NCBI GenBank assembly: GCA_024137785.1
Contig: JAHRHZ010000268.1
Coordinates: 15,109,734-15,173,733 of the forward strand
DNA: 64,000 bases
From: Ginglymostoma cirratum
Lineage: Eukaryota
Direction of reading: 5' to 3'
The notes below the pieces were generated by a model, which searched no databases, was not told the DNA's origin, and worked only from the letters and a program-made list of their open reading frames with translations. Positions 38,015 to 50,850 of this stretch are shown piece after piece; position 1 is the stretch's first letter, and each line of letters begins with the position of its first letter. A program made the translations under genes and the position numbers.

Positions 38015-39803
38015 AGGATCAAAAAGGAAAAAGACTGACTGAAGATACTCATAACAGTCAGATGAACGCATAGGTTAAATAAGCTTCATGAAATAAACAA
38101 AACTGTCTGATCTGACATTTTTATTAAAAGACCTTGAAATTAATCCATCTATTCAGATGTAAAAAAAAAGCTGTTGCCTCCTATATTTGCTTTACACTTG
38201 TTATGTAAATTTTGCATATTGGAAATGAGAGATCACCTGCAGTGATCAAGCTTGGAAACAATGAACTCAGATGTAGAAATACACAGACCAGTTTCTATTT
38301 CAGGTGACTACTTTTGGTTAAGCAGAGGACATGGATTTTTAATTGGCGAAAACTCTCTCTCTGCCTCTCAAAGTATGTGATGACGATAGAAGCTGGAGAG
38401 AAACATCCTAACATTGAGAACTTACAGGATCTGAAGTGCTCACTGTTGTTGAGGACACAAGACAATAATTAAATAACCATGTGCTTAGGTTAAAAGCTTT
38501 AATCCTCAAGGATTTTAAACTGCAAATTGCGTCCATCTTCCTTTTGTACTGAACACTGTCTTATTTTTAAACATTGTACTTGTTTGTACATATGTTTGAA
38601 TATTACATCCTAATTATTTATCTTGGGATAAGCAGATAATAAAATAGCTGTTTCTTTCACGTATAAAAGCTTGTAATTAGCTCCTGATTGATACTTTAGA
38701 CATTGGGTAACTACGTGTTTTGTTAGAGATAACCTCAGGTTACAAAGCACAAAGACTTTTGTTGTGACCAACAGAGGACTTTGAAATTTCACCCCTCCTC
38801 ATCTATTCATAACACAATCCAGTAAAGTTAGCAAATTACTTCACTTGTTAAAACCATTTCCCTGTTGAGCTAATGCTTTGATTGGTCTGAACTCTGAGCC
38901 AAGCATATTAATGAGGATAAGTAGAAATCTAGATGGTGAGACATCACCAAGGCAGAGTTGCCAATAGTGGTTTATACAATATTATTCCCTATTTCAGCAT
39001 CAAACACTCCCCAGTTCGCGATAGAATAGAACTCAGAGTACCTTTACTGTAATGTTAAAATGACTTGCTTCTGTTACAATCTATCACCCCTCAATTGGCT
39101 GTTACAACTGGGTGAGGAAGAATGAATTGGCTGCCCTCTTTTTAAACCATTGATTGATCTCAACAAATATACTTCATTCATTTGGACACATAACTGTATC
39201 ATAATTCACTTAAAATGCAGGTTAGTAAAAATTAAGGAGTCAATTACAAGATTTTCTTGAGTGAATGAGCAATTTTATTACTTACTAATCCCATGAGAAA
39301 TAATGGATTGCAATATCAAATGCACACGCAAACACATGCAGAATATTGTTCTTAAAAGGGAGAGGGTCTCGTATAATGGGATAAAGAACATGCAGTTTAA
39401 ATAGTTCTTAATGTCCTTGAGTCATTATAGTTTAACCTGAGAAAATGGCTGTTTGTTTGACGGCCTATATCCTTAGCCGTAACTAAACTTGTAAAAATCT
39501 GGAGTCCTCAGTGAATGGGTGTTTCTTTGAATGACTTTATCACAAACAGTATCTTTCAAGTTGATGAGAAAATGGGGAGGGAGAGAGGTCCATTCAGATT
39601 TTTACAAATTCATTTTCTTTTCTTCCTCTGCTGCTCTGCCAAGCAACTACTGAAATACAATTCATTTGTGTATTTCTGAGCTGTGTCTCATCATATTTCT
39701 CAGCCGGACATTTGCAGACAGCCTTTCCATACACAGTCAGTGTAACTGCTCATATTAGAAAAAATGAAACAAGAGATGTGGTTTTCTTGACGCCCAACTT
39801 AAT

Positions 39804-40655
39804 TAGAACATAGAACATAGAACATAGAACATAGAACATAGAACATAGAACAATACAGCGCAGAACAGGCCCTTCGGCCCTCGATGTTGTGCCGCCCTGT
39901 GAACTAATCTAAGCCCATCCCCCTACACTATCCCATCATCATCCGTATGCTTATCCAAGGACTGTTTAAATGCCCCTAATGTGGCTGAGTTAACTACATT
40001 GGCAGGCAGGGCATTCCACGCCCTTACCAATCTCTGAGTAAAGAACCTGCCTCTGATATCTGTCTTAAATCTATCACCCCTCAATTTGCAGCTATGCCCC
40101 CTCGTACTAGCCGACGTCATCATCCTAGGAAAAAGACTCTCACTGTCCACCCTATCTAATCCTCTGATCATTTTGTAGGTCTCTATTAAATCCCCTCTTA
40201 GCCTTCTTCTCTCCAATGAGAACAGACCCAAGTCCCTCAGTCTTTCCTCATTAGACCTTCGCTCCAGACCAGGCAACGTCCTGGTAAATCTCCTCTGCAC
40301 CTTTTCCAATGCTTCCACATCCTTCGTGTAATGGGGCGACCAGAACTGTACACAATATTCCAAGTGAGGCCGCACTAGCGTTTTGTACAGTTGCAGCATG
40401 ACATCACGGCTCCGGAACTCAATCCCTCTACCAATGAAACCTAACACACCTTCTTAACAGCACTATCAACCTGGGTGGCCAATTTCAGGGATCTATGTAC
40501 CTGGACACCAAGATCCCTCTGCACATCCACACTACCAAGAATCTTTCCATTGACCCAGTATTCTGCCTTCCTATTATTCTTCCCAAAGTGCATCACCTCA
40601 CACTTATCTGCATTGAACTCCATTTGCCACCTTTCAGCCCAATTCTGCAGTTTAT
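39804..40655 (-). mobile_element. Young 5'-truncated CR1 LINE with (TGTTCTA)7 tail
   Basis: ORFs 40441..40623 and 39923..40447 (LYKTLVRPHLEYCVQFWSP...RRLRGDLIETYK...RFFTQRLVRAWNALP) are separated by one frameshift. A perfect 7-mer tandem tail lies at 39804-39852. Confidence 0.92.
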
Positions 40656-41389
40656 TGATTAGTTTGCATTGTATTTAGAAAACATGGTACTTTCAATTCT
40701 AATGGTTTTGTTTATTTCACATGGATTTCCTGAACCTGCCTCAGCCGTGGTCAGGTAAACACAGTAGCCATTTTAGGTCCATGCTTCTTTATTTTTGACA
40801 CTATTAAGGCCTTTAAGATCTCAGGTACTAAACGCAGATGGCGGAAGCTGAAAAGTGATAATCTGTATTTTACTACTGTTGTGACTCTTCTCAGATCAAT
40901 ACTTACATTGTTGGAAATTCATTTACAATTTGTTCCTACAAGTTTTTTTTTAATTACTCACTGATATAAATTGCATTCACAATAGCATTTCAATAGTTTT
41001 TTATTGACAGGAAATTGTACTGTTAATTTATCAGCATTTCTGTACAACTGTTCTCGAGCATTGTATATTGAGCTTGTGACAGATCCACATCCATGTCATG
41101 CAGCATATATTTTTATTTCAGACATTATGAAACGTTTTACCATGTAAAAGGTTGCTGCTCATTCATTCAGTTCCGCAATATTCATTCAGTTTTACACGCA
41201 AAAAAAAACATTTCTCTAACAGCTTCAAAATACAGAGATGAGTTTTAAACATTATGAAGACAATAGATTTTAAACTTGCCATAACTTACAAGCTAGCATT
41301 CAAGTTAGATGACCTGTAGACAAGTTTGATGATGATATGGAAATAGACACAAAAGCAAGTTGTGAGGAGATGCAAAGCATAGGCAAAAG

Positions 41390-42010
41390 AGACGTATATG
41401 GATACTACAGAATGGTGCATTTCGAAGAGACCTTGGTGTCCTTGTACATGAATCATAAAAAATTGGCACACAATGACAGCAAAAACTATAACTGTATGGG
41501 GCATTAGTGAGATAACAACTAGACTAGTTTATACAGTTTTAGTGTCCCTACTTAAGGAAGGATATATTTCCTTAGTTCACAGCTGGTACCCAAGGTTGAA
41601 TTCTGGGATAAAGTGATTGTTTTTTGAGAAAAGGTTCTTCCTATTTTGAATAAAGAAGGATGAGACGTGCTCATATTAAACATACAAGATTCTAGGGGAC
41701 GTGTTAAGGAGGATACTGTAAGATGTTTAAAAATAAGGGTCTTCTATTTAAGGGATGCCTTCTCTCAGAAGGTTACTCATCTTAGTAATTGTCTTTCCAT
41801 TACTGAAGGCTGAGTTAGAAAGATTTTTGATCTACAAGGAAATCAATTACGCTTGTGGGAGTGGGTGGTGGTGGAATGTGGGGGAGGGGGTGGTGTTTGA
41901 AGAGAGTGGAAGCTGTAGGAAAGTGAAGTTGAATTCACGATCAGATCATCCCATTTTCAGAAAAGGCTAATGTGGGCCAAATAGCCCAAACCTGCTCCTA
42001 TTTCTTATCA
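41390..42010 (+). mobile_element. Old CR1 3' fragment
   Basis: CR1-like CCTACTTAAGGAAGGATAT and AAGGCTGAGTTAGAAAGATTTTTGAT, with tail CCTGCTCCTATTTCTTAT. Confidence 0.55.
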
Positions 42011-43126
42011 TATTTTCATAAGTTATTTTTGTACCTCTGCCTATTTGTGCCCCTACCATTCACTAGTATCTGGTTATATTTAATTTTGCATACTTATTTT
42101 AGTGTTAATGCTTCATATCTCTTTCATGTCCATGACAGATATTTTTCTTGCCATGTAGAACATTTGCTCATTTGTGCTACACACTGCTTCAATACCATGT
42201 CAGTTCATTTTTAAACGTTTTCCCTGACATTCTGTTGATTTCTCCGTTTAAAAAAAGTGTTGCTTACTACAGAGTGTCTCTGCCACATCCTGTTGAACTC
42301 AGCTTTACTTAAATTTAGAATCTTAGCTGATTCCATATTTCTCCTTTTCCAAAACAACATTGAACATTCTGTTGTTGTGATAAGTACAGATGCACTGTTC
42401 GGGTGTTAACTAAACCAGGTTAATTGGTCATTGCTATACCTAATATGGTTTTCCTTCTTGTTGATTCTAGGACATATTTTGCTGAATTCTAAGGAAACAT
42501 GCTCAAGAAACTCACTACCTTTCTGATATATGCTAGACTATGGAAAAGATAAATTCCCATTTAAACCACTTTGCCTTTATTACTGGCAGCTATGACCTCA
42601 ACGGATTAGTTGACATGAGAAGATTAGTTCTACCCATTGGGATATAATGGTCTACTCCAGGGAGGAACTAACCAATTCTTCAATATTTTCGAGAGAATCA
42701 TTATAATTCTGTGTCTGTTACCAATGCAGTGCGAGAATATGTGTAGCTCTAATGCGAATGTACTCTTAAGTTGAACCTGCTGTCTCACAAGACACATTTA
42801 TGTATCTTGGATGTAATGTAACTAGCTATTACTTGGGCTTTGCCTCCTGCAGAGTATTTATATGTGATAAGACAATCCTCATAGCTCCATTAGTATAAGA
42901 ACAAGGCAGAGAAACATGTCACTGAAAGATTCAACTTATGTTTATTATAGCTCTTTATATACAAATATATTAGAGTCACAGGCACTTCACTGTCTGGATT
43001 AATATTATTATTACAAACAGTTAACAAACTTCCAACCACATAGCCCAGTTAAATTTGTGTCCGAAGTCTTACCTCCTTGGGTCACTATGATACAGTGATA
43101 CGACCATGAGCATGTCTCTTTACGGT

Positions 43127-43223
43127 AACAAACACAAAGTGCTGAAGAAACTCAGAAGATCTGGCAGCATCCGTGGAAAGAGAAGCAGAGTTAACTTTTA
43201 AAGTCTGGTATGACTTTTCTCCT
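43127..43223 (-). mobile_element. PLE terminal-repeat fragment
   Basis: GCTGAAGAAACTCAGAAGATCTGGCAGCATCCGTGGAAAGAGAAGCAGAGTTAAC, same family as 610-715. Confidence 0.7.
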
Positions 43224-43689
43224 AAATGTATATTAAATAATGACTCTGAGACATAACACAACAATATGTACTAAACCTACTTGGTGTTCATCAATACTGA
43301 ACCATTTTCTGCCTTAGAAATCATGTGGGCGTCCTTCCCCTCATGTTATCAATAGCCTGGACTAATACCAGCAAGAAAGATCGGCAGCAGGAAATGTACA
43401 CAAGACATCACAGCTGATTCTAGCAGAAACAAACATAAACAAGCTTCTGGTCCAGGCTTTGCATGGTGTCTACTAGTCCAAAGTAGATTATCAAAGTGGC
43501 CATTGAACAGTTCATGTGGAGAAAATTCCCATCTTCACATTCCGGACATCCTCCATCATGCTGTATGGTATAACCACTGTGCTAAATGTGATAGGTTCAG
43601 AACAAACATTGAAGCATAACACTGAGTACCTATGAAGTGCTGTGGGCTGTCAGCAGCAGTAGGATTACATTCACTCATGTCCCTCATAA

Positions 43690-44215
43690 AATACTTCTAG
43701 TACAGCTACATTACCGACAAGATAGGAAGTTGCCAAAACATATCCTATCCATCTGAAACAGGGCAAATTTAATTTGGCCAATTACCATCCCATCAATCGA
43801 TGTCAATAATCAGTAAAGTGATAGCAGGCATCATTGACAGTGCTATCATAAAGCATATATGTAGGAACAACCTGCTTACTAACCCTCATCTTGTGGTCTG
43901 CCAGTGCCACTTAGCTTCAGACCTCATTATAAACTTGATCTAAACACTGACAAAGGAATTTAATTCAAGAGATGAAATGAGAATTATTGCCCTTGACATC
44001 AAGGCAGTTTTTGAACGATTGTGTCATCAATGAATTCTAGTGGGACTCGGGGAGGAAACCTTCCACTGGTTGGAGTTATACGTAGCAAAAACGAAGAAGA
44101 TAGTAATTGTTGGAGGCTTATTGTCTTAATTCTAGGACAGTTCAGCAGGAGTTCCATGGGCTAATTTCTCAGCGCCTGCAGCTGTTTCATCAATGACTTT
44201 CCCTCTATCATAAGG
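43690..44215 (+). mobile_element. L2/CR1-superfamily RT fragment
   Basis: Relics ANYHPI, IALDIKAVFERLCH and FINDFPSIIR. Confidence 0.65.
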
Positions 44216-46049
44216 TCTGTAACATAGCTATTTTAAATGAAAGCTTTTAAACATAAAATTACATGTCTAGAGCAGGTGAGACTCAAACTCAGGTGTAGGG
44301 ACACCATCAGGACGCCACAACAGCTCTGAAATGCTTTGAATCAACCTGTTCAGATGTGCTATGATACACCTCTGATGCAGGTTGGACTAGAACCTGGAGC
44401 TGCTGGCCCAGAGATATAGACACGACCACTGCACCACCCATTTCCTGATAATTAAACAGTGACCACTGTTAATAATTAATTCCGTTAACTGGATGCTAAA
44501 TACCTGGGAGTTAAGGTATCAAGGCAAACAGGAGTTGTGAACTAAATTAGTCGGTTGTATGCAAATGTATATAAGGAGAGTCAGGAACTAGGTTTTGCAG
44601 TTGGTTAGTGTAAGACTTTCATGAGATAGTGTACATGTGGACTTTGTTTATAATCATGGAATTTCTCATGGCCTGGGACACTGAAGACCCAAGAGGAGAC
44701 TGTCTCCTCTTGTTGCAGTTCCCTGTTGATGATGACATCAGCTGCAGCTCCTTCCTGCTTGGCGATGTATATCATTGAGCTGACCTGCTGTTCCTATAAG
44801 ACTAAGGCTGAGGAAGGAGCAAAAATTCTCCCCAGTAGATAGGCCCTCCCCTTATCTGCCTGTTGCTTGTAGCTGCAACTGTTCCTACTTGTAACTTTTT
44901 ATAACTGTGTTGGTCTTTTTTTTTTTATCTTTTGCTTTTGATTGATTGCTGCAGAAATGAGTGGGTCTACAAGAGAAGCCTGAGTACTAATTGGGGTTTC
45001 CCCTTACTTGCTAGGTACTGATTGCCTGGAACTGATTCTAGTGATTACATATTGCTTCCTGTAACTGTAGCTACTCTTACCTGCAATGTTTTACACCAGT
45101 GCTGATGCTGCTTTGCAAATTGCTTTTTTTTCTTTGACAGTTGTTGAACTGACTGTGTCTGCTGCAGAAAGGGTTTGGGCCGAGGAGGAGAAAGCGAGGA
45201 GAAGCCTGAATACTGTTTGGACCCTCCCTGCTTGCTGCCTATTGGTAGAATCAGCCCCAGCTGCGTGCAATCTACTGTGTTCACAAACTATGCTGGGGTT
45301 CTTGCTGTGTAGTAGTGACGTCCCTACTTCTGAGCCAAGAGACTTGGGCTCAAGTCCCAGCTGTTCCAGAGTTGAGTCATAACATCTTTGAACTGAGTGG
45401 TTAGAAATTATCAAGAACTGAGCTGTTGGTTTACAAAGCTGACCTTCTGCTTCCAAGAGATGGAGACCAGAGAGAGCAGAAAAGTGAACGCTTGGCAAAC
45501 GGAGAAGGTTTTTAAGCTCTAATAGAAAATTAACATCAAGTAAGGTGATGGTGAGTCCTTGTAGTTATGGGCCTCCAATTGTCCAAATTGCTGAGTGTTT
45601 TTCCCTTTCTTTCCCCACTTCTTCCCTCCCTCTTGTTCAACGGCTTTTGTTATAAAAGAAGTGGGTTCAACTGTTTTTACGAAAAGTTAAAATGGCACCT
45701 AGATTGGTGACAAGAGCTGCAGCTTTGTCAATTATTGCTGCTCAATTATTGCTGCTCCTGCATGCCTATCACCCTTCTGGATGCTGAAGATGAAGAATGG
45801 GGTGAAAAAAACCCAGTGTCAGCATTGAGGAATGCGTGAAGGCCCTGGCTAATGCCACAGGCCTGTCGAACATCAGCACTGCATCTGAGCTGTACAGGAA
45901 GGCTGTATTCCTCATTCAGTGGGAAAAGGTGGTACACTGTCTAAATTCAGATGCTCAGGGTATTGTCCTTTCCAATGTCCCACGCATCTCTATAGTAGTG
46001 CTCCTTTGACCTTTACAACAACTTTAGGAGGTCTGGTCAGATGTACACT

Positions 46050-49000
46050 CTATTCCTCTTGGCCCACAGGAAGTCAATCTGAAACACAACTACTGCTTCT
46101 GGCACTAAGCTTTTGTTAACATGGCTCGGGAGAAGACTTTGGAAAGTGCATTTAATGGCTATTTTGAGGGGACAATATACAGGATCTTTTGGTCTGGGGA
46201 CAGCCTGCAGGGATATGACTGCAAAGAGTTGGGGTGTCTTTGGAGAAATTGTTCTTCCTCTAAGGGTAGAAGGACACCAAGATGGCGACAGCTAGCACTG
46301 TGCTCCTTTCTCCTGCCTGTGACCTCTACAATACTTCTCCTGTGTCAATCCCTAAGGCGGGGAGAGGGGCTCTACATTAATAGTTAAAACTACATATTCA
46401 ACAGAGAAGGAAAGAAAAGGTGGACAAAAATGAAACCTCCTGAGACTTCGAATCATGATCCCCAGGCCAACAGAGACCTCATGTAGGGAGCCCAAGACCA
46501 TTATAGCCCTAGATTTAAATTCTGATCCTGAGCAGCTTCTATAAACTCTCCAAAGTAGCTGCTTGGCTGACAACTGATCCCTCATCTCTGATTCAGAGAG
46601 TATCGGGGCACATGTCAGGGCCTATTGTTTTGCTCTGTTCTCTCCCAGTCAGCCCACAGACGTTGCTTATGGTCCTCCGGGAGGACATACCACAGTTAGA
46701 TGCTCCTATCACCCTGCAGGAGCTTGATTGTGCCCTCAACCAGCTTTCTGGATGTAAATCCTTGGAGCTGGATCAGATAATTGTGGAACTCCATAGGGCC
46801 TTCTAGGAAGTAACTATGCACAGGTCATGGAGAAATATTTAATGATCAGAAAGCTGCCTTTTCTCATGTCACAGGACCATTGATCTGCCACCTAAGAAGG
46901 GGATCTATTTTTTTTAAAAAAAACTGACACCTGGTCTTCTTCCTCAGGACAGAGATCTTTTCCAGGGTGCTGGCACCTAGCCTTGGCTCTGCCCGACCAC
47001 ATGATCCACCCAAATCAGTACGATGCAGTCTGGTGTTGAAAAATTCATGACAATATCCATCTGGTCTGAGTAATGATCCATCTATTGGTGAGGACTGTTC
47101 TATTGAACATTACCTTGTTCCTTGATCATGAAAAGGCTTTAAATAGGGTAACACATGACTATCTACCCAGAACTGTGCATGCATTTCGATTTTGGGTGTA
47201 ATTTGTCACCCAGGTCCATTTGTTTTTTTTCTTTATGCCACCACAGTGTCTAATTTATGATTAATGGGTCATTCATGACACTCCTTTGCTTCATGGGAGG
47301 TATTTGTCAGGGCTGCCCCTTGTCTGGCCAGTTATACTCACTTTGTGAGGAGCTTGTTCTGTGCTTCTTACAGAAGTTGTTATTGGGATTGGAACTGCGT
47401 AGATCAGGGGTTGGGTGTGGTTCTTTCAGCCTGTGCTGATGGTGTGCTGCTTATGTTCACAGAACTGGTTGACCAGTGGAGGATGAGAATGCCGGCAATT
47501 TACTCCACACACCCTCTGCCATGATCCAGAGTAAAATGTTCTGGATGTGGTCAGTCAGTGGCAAGTGGATTTCCTAATGGAGGGGATAATGGTGCTTTCC
47601 TGCAACACCACCTGCGATAGGGTTAGGGATAACCTGTGAGCTGTGTTAACCTGAGTTAACTAGAGCTGTGTTCTACAGGGTTTGTGTAAACCAATTGGTC
47701 ACAGCCATGCTGTTGTAGTGGATGCCTCTTTAAACTCTGCATCACCTCCCTGCCCTTTCCCCTCAGCTTTGTCACAAAAAAAAAATCCAGAAGATATTTG
47801 TAAATTTCTTTTGGGACAAAAGAATGCACTGGGTCATTGCAATGGTCCTTCATCACTTGATTAGAGACACTGGTCTGGCATTGATGATCTTCCACAACCA
47901 GATGGTGACTTTCCACCTCCAAACCCTGTAGTGATTACTTTCTACATTGACACTTCTCAATGGTGTGCCCTGGTAATGTATTTCTTTTGCCAGGTCCAAG
48001 GCTTGAATTGTGCCATGTAGCTTCTATTTATTTATAGATTGGGGGTAGGGAAGGGAAGAGTTTACAGGGCACTGGCCACCTCCTGCTAAAAGACTGACAA
48101 CATCTGCAACATGATCGACTTGCATCACAGCTTTGCCCCCTAATGGATCAGTAATGAGCGGGTAAAATTTTAAGGTGACATTCAGGAGGTTTACAGGGGA
48201 TTTGAGGGTGGAGGGGATCTGGAATGCTCTGCCTGGGAGAGTAGTAAAGATGGGAAGCCTCAGCATTTTAAAGTGCATCAATGAGCAATTGAAATGTCAT
48301 AACATTCCAAGGCTATGGGCTGAGTGTTGGGAAGTGGAATTAGTGTAGATAGGACAGTGCAGACTTGATGGCCAAAGGGTGCTCTTCTGTGCTGTATGAC
48401 TGCTATTCTATGAGCAGCAGTAGCATCTGTCTCCTGACGGCTGCTGTTCAGGAACCTGTGGCTTCACCTGTGTGAATTCATGTGGCTACCAGATGAGAGG
48501 GTTGTGGTTGTTGGATTGGCCCAGGATTGGGGACCTGCTGGATGACCGAGGACCGGGTTGTGTGATACCACAGGCGCTAGCATATCAGACAGCAGTGGAT
48601 GCCTATCTTGTGGTTGACGCCATTTGCAGCCATGGAACTGTGGTGTTCAGCCCTGAAGGCACTAGCGGTTTTCGGGAATCACTGGTGTGTGATGGAATTC
48701 CACCTGAGCAGCCCCCTGCTTGGATTGAATTCTGCACTGACCTTCAGGATCAGAACTCCTTCAAGAGTCCACAGCTCACAACCTGTGCAGTCTTTCAGAA
48801 ATTCTTTCCATGTGGCACAGGGGTTTCCTACGTGCATTTTTACTGTATACTTTTCCTCACTTACCCCCATTGTTCAGACATGCCTTGAAGATTTGTTACC
48901 ACCTGGCAACAGAGCTCCTCAATGTGGGAACCCTCCCATATCCTGTTTACCTCCTAGGTAGAGTGTGTTGCGCACAGCAGTCCTGTGCAATCATATATTT

Positions 49001-49330
49001 AGGTCGCTCACAAACTCTCAGGTCAGCTGTGTTTTTTTTCATTGATGCAGGGGAGTCAGTGGACTGTATAGATTGCTTTTGGGAAGTTGCACTCCCTGTT
49101 TTATTATTCAATGGGGCTTTTGGTTGAATTTTTGCTTCCACTTCAGCCCTGTGCTCCTGATCTTTGGACACCCATTCCAGAGGGGAACAGGCAGGTTGAA
49201 GGACCTCCATGTAGGCCTCACAAAGGCATCATGACTATTGTCATCTCCAGGCACTGTGCTGTGGGTGTAGTCATATTTTCCAACTCCCTTCTCCTGTTTC
49301 ACGCCTGATCTCCTTGGAGAGAAAGCATGT
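46050..49330 (+). mobile_element. Decayed Tx1-clade (L1 superfamily) non-LTR retrotransposon ORF2
   Basis: LDAPITLQELDCALNQLSGCKSLELDQIIVELHRAF (46612-46806) and GGICQGCPLSGQLYSLCEELVLCFLQKLLLGLEL (47257-47439) match Tx1-type RT motifs (KSPGLDG..EFY; QGCPLSGQLY). Interrupted by a CR1 3' piece at about 48145-48410. Confidence 0.7.
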
Positions 49331-49609
49331 GTGATAACAGCCTCTAAAAGCTTACAGTGTTAGGTGCTGGGAGTGGAGGTGGGGTGGTTGTGCTAGAGTG
49401 TTTGTTGTTTTTTCCTTCACCAAACAATGTTTTAATTTGAACCACTTTTCTTTTAGTTAGTGTCCTAATGGGCTTTTCAAGTTTTTGTTGTGTTTTTTTT
49501 TGTCTAAAAGTCTTCAAATGTGATGCATATAAAGGTGAGTTGGCCAGCAGGTGGTTGGGTTTTATGGTGTGTGGTTTGTTAGAATAAAACACCATATGAG
49601 AAAATATTT

Positions 49610-50850
49610 CTTGTTAACATGTAACATTCACTGCCATTTGCGACTCCTCTGAAATAGAGTCCATGCTCCCATGCAGTGAGATCTGGACAATGTTTGTTTT
49701 TTGCTGACAAGTGCCAAATACCATTTCAGGCCATGCAAGTGCCTGTTTTTTTTTACCTCTTCCCACCACCAAAAGATGATCTAAACATCATCTGTTGACA
49801 TTCAAGGCCATTGCAGAGACATCACTGAATTCTCCGCTATTTCAGGCATATTACTGTTGACCAGAAACTTAACGGGATCATCCATATAAATTCCGTGGCT
49901 GCAAGAATAGGGCAGAGGCTGGGTATTCCACTATGGATAACGTCCTTCCTGTCTCCTTAAAATCTGTCCCTCAGCTACGTGGTACAAGTCAGGAATCTAA
50001 TGGAATACTTTCCAGTTGCCGGAAATAGGTGCATCTCTAATGATTCTAAAGAAGCTTAACATGACAAGGAAAAATGACCACTTGCGCACCAGCTCATTTT
50101 GCCAACTTAACCATCACGCCCTCCACCACCAACACACAGTAACAGCTGTATGCTCTACGAGATGCACTGCAGCAACTCACCAGTGATCCTTTGACAGAAC
50201 TTTCCAAACATATAATCTATACCTTCTGAAAGAACAAGGGCCTCAGAGGAATGGAAGTATCATCACCTGCAAAATCCCTTCCAAACCACCTACAAACCTG
50301 ACCTTGAACTGTATTGACATCCCTTAACAATTGCAGGTCAGAATCTTGGAACGCTGTCCCAAGTGGCACTGTGGGTGCAAACAACACTTTTTTATTCATT
50401 CAATCCTGGGATGTGGGTGTCCCTGGCCAGGCCAGCATTTAATACCCATCCCTAATTGCCCAGAGGGCAGTTAAGCGTCAACGACTTTGCTGTGAGTTTG
50501 GAGTCATGGGTGGGCCAGTTCAGGTAAGGGCGACAGTTTCCTTCCCCAAAGGGCATTAGGGAACCAGATTTTTTTTGGACAACGATGATTTCACGGTCAC
50601 CATTAGACTCCTAATTCCAGATGTTTATTCAATTCAAATTCCACCATCTGCCATGGCAGGATTTGAACCTGGGTCCCAGAACATTAGTAGGGTCTCTGGA
50701 TTAATAGCCTAACAATAATACCACGAGGCCATCATTTCATGGATTGTACTGGTTCAAGGCATGTTGGCATTGCCTTCTTGAGGACATTTAAGGATGGACA
50801 ACAAATGCTGGCTGTGACAGCAACAATCTCATCGTATGGACGATACAAAT
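49610..50850 (+). mobile_element. L2/CR1-superfamily LINE 3' fragment split by a Deu SINE
   Basis: Relics DQKLN, AGQRLGI and VQVRNLMEY. The 3' end GGATGGACAACAAATGCTGGC resumes after 50732. Confidence 0.65.
50388..50732 (-). mobile_element. Deu-core SINE (SacSINE1-like), full length
   Basis: tRNA-like head (B box GGTTCAAATCC on -), Deu core, and LINE-like tail ending in an A-rich run. Confidence 0.8.

Noticed and set aside
39804-39852. (TAGAACA)7 array as a CRISPR-like or telomere-like repeat
   Set aside because: It has no spacers and is the tandem 3' tail of the adjacent CR1 element.
39923-40447. 174-aa open RT C-terminal ORF as a host or domesticated gene
   Set aside because: Part of a 5'-truncated young CR1 with a frameshift and an intact retroposition tail.
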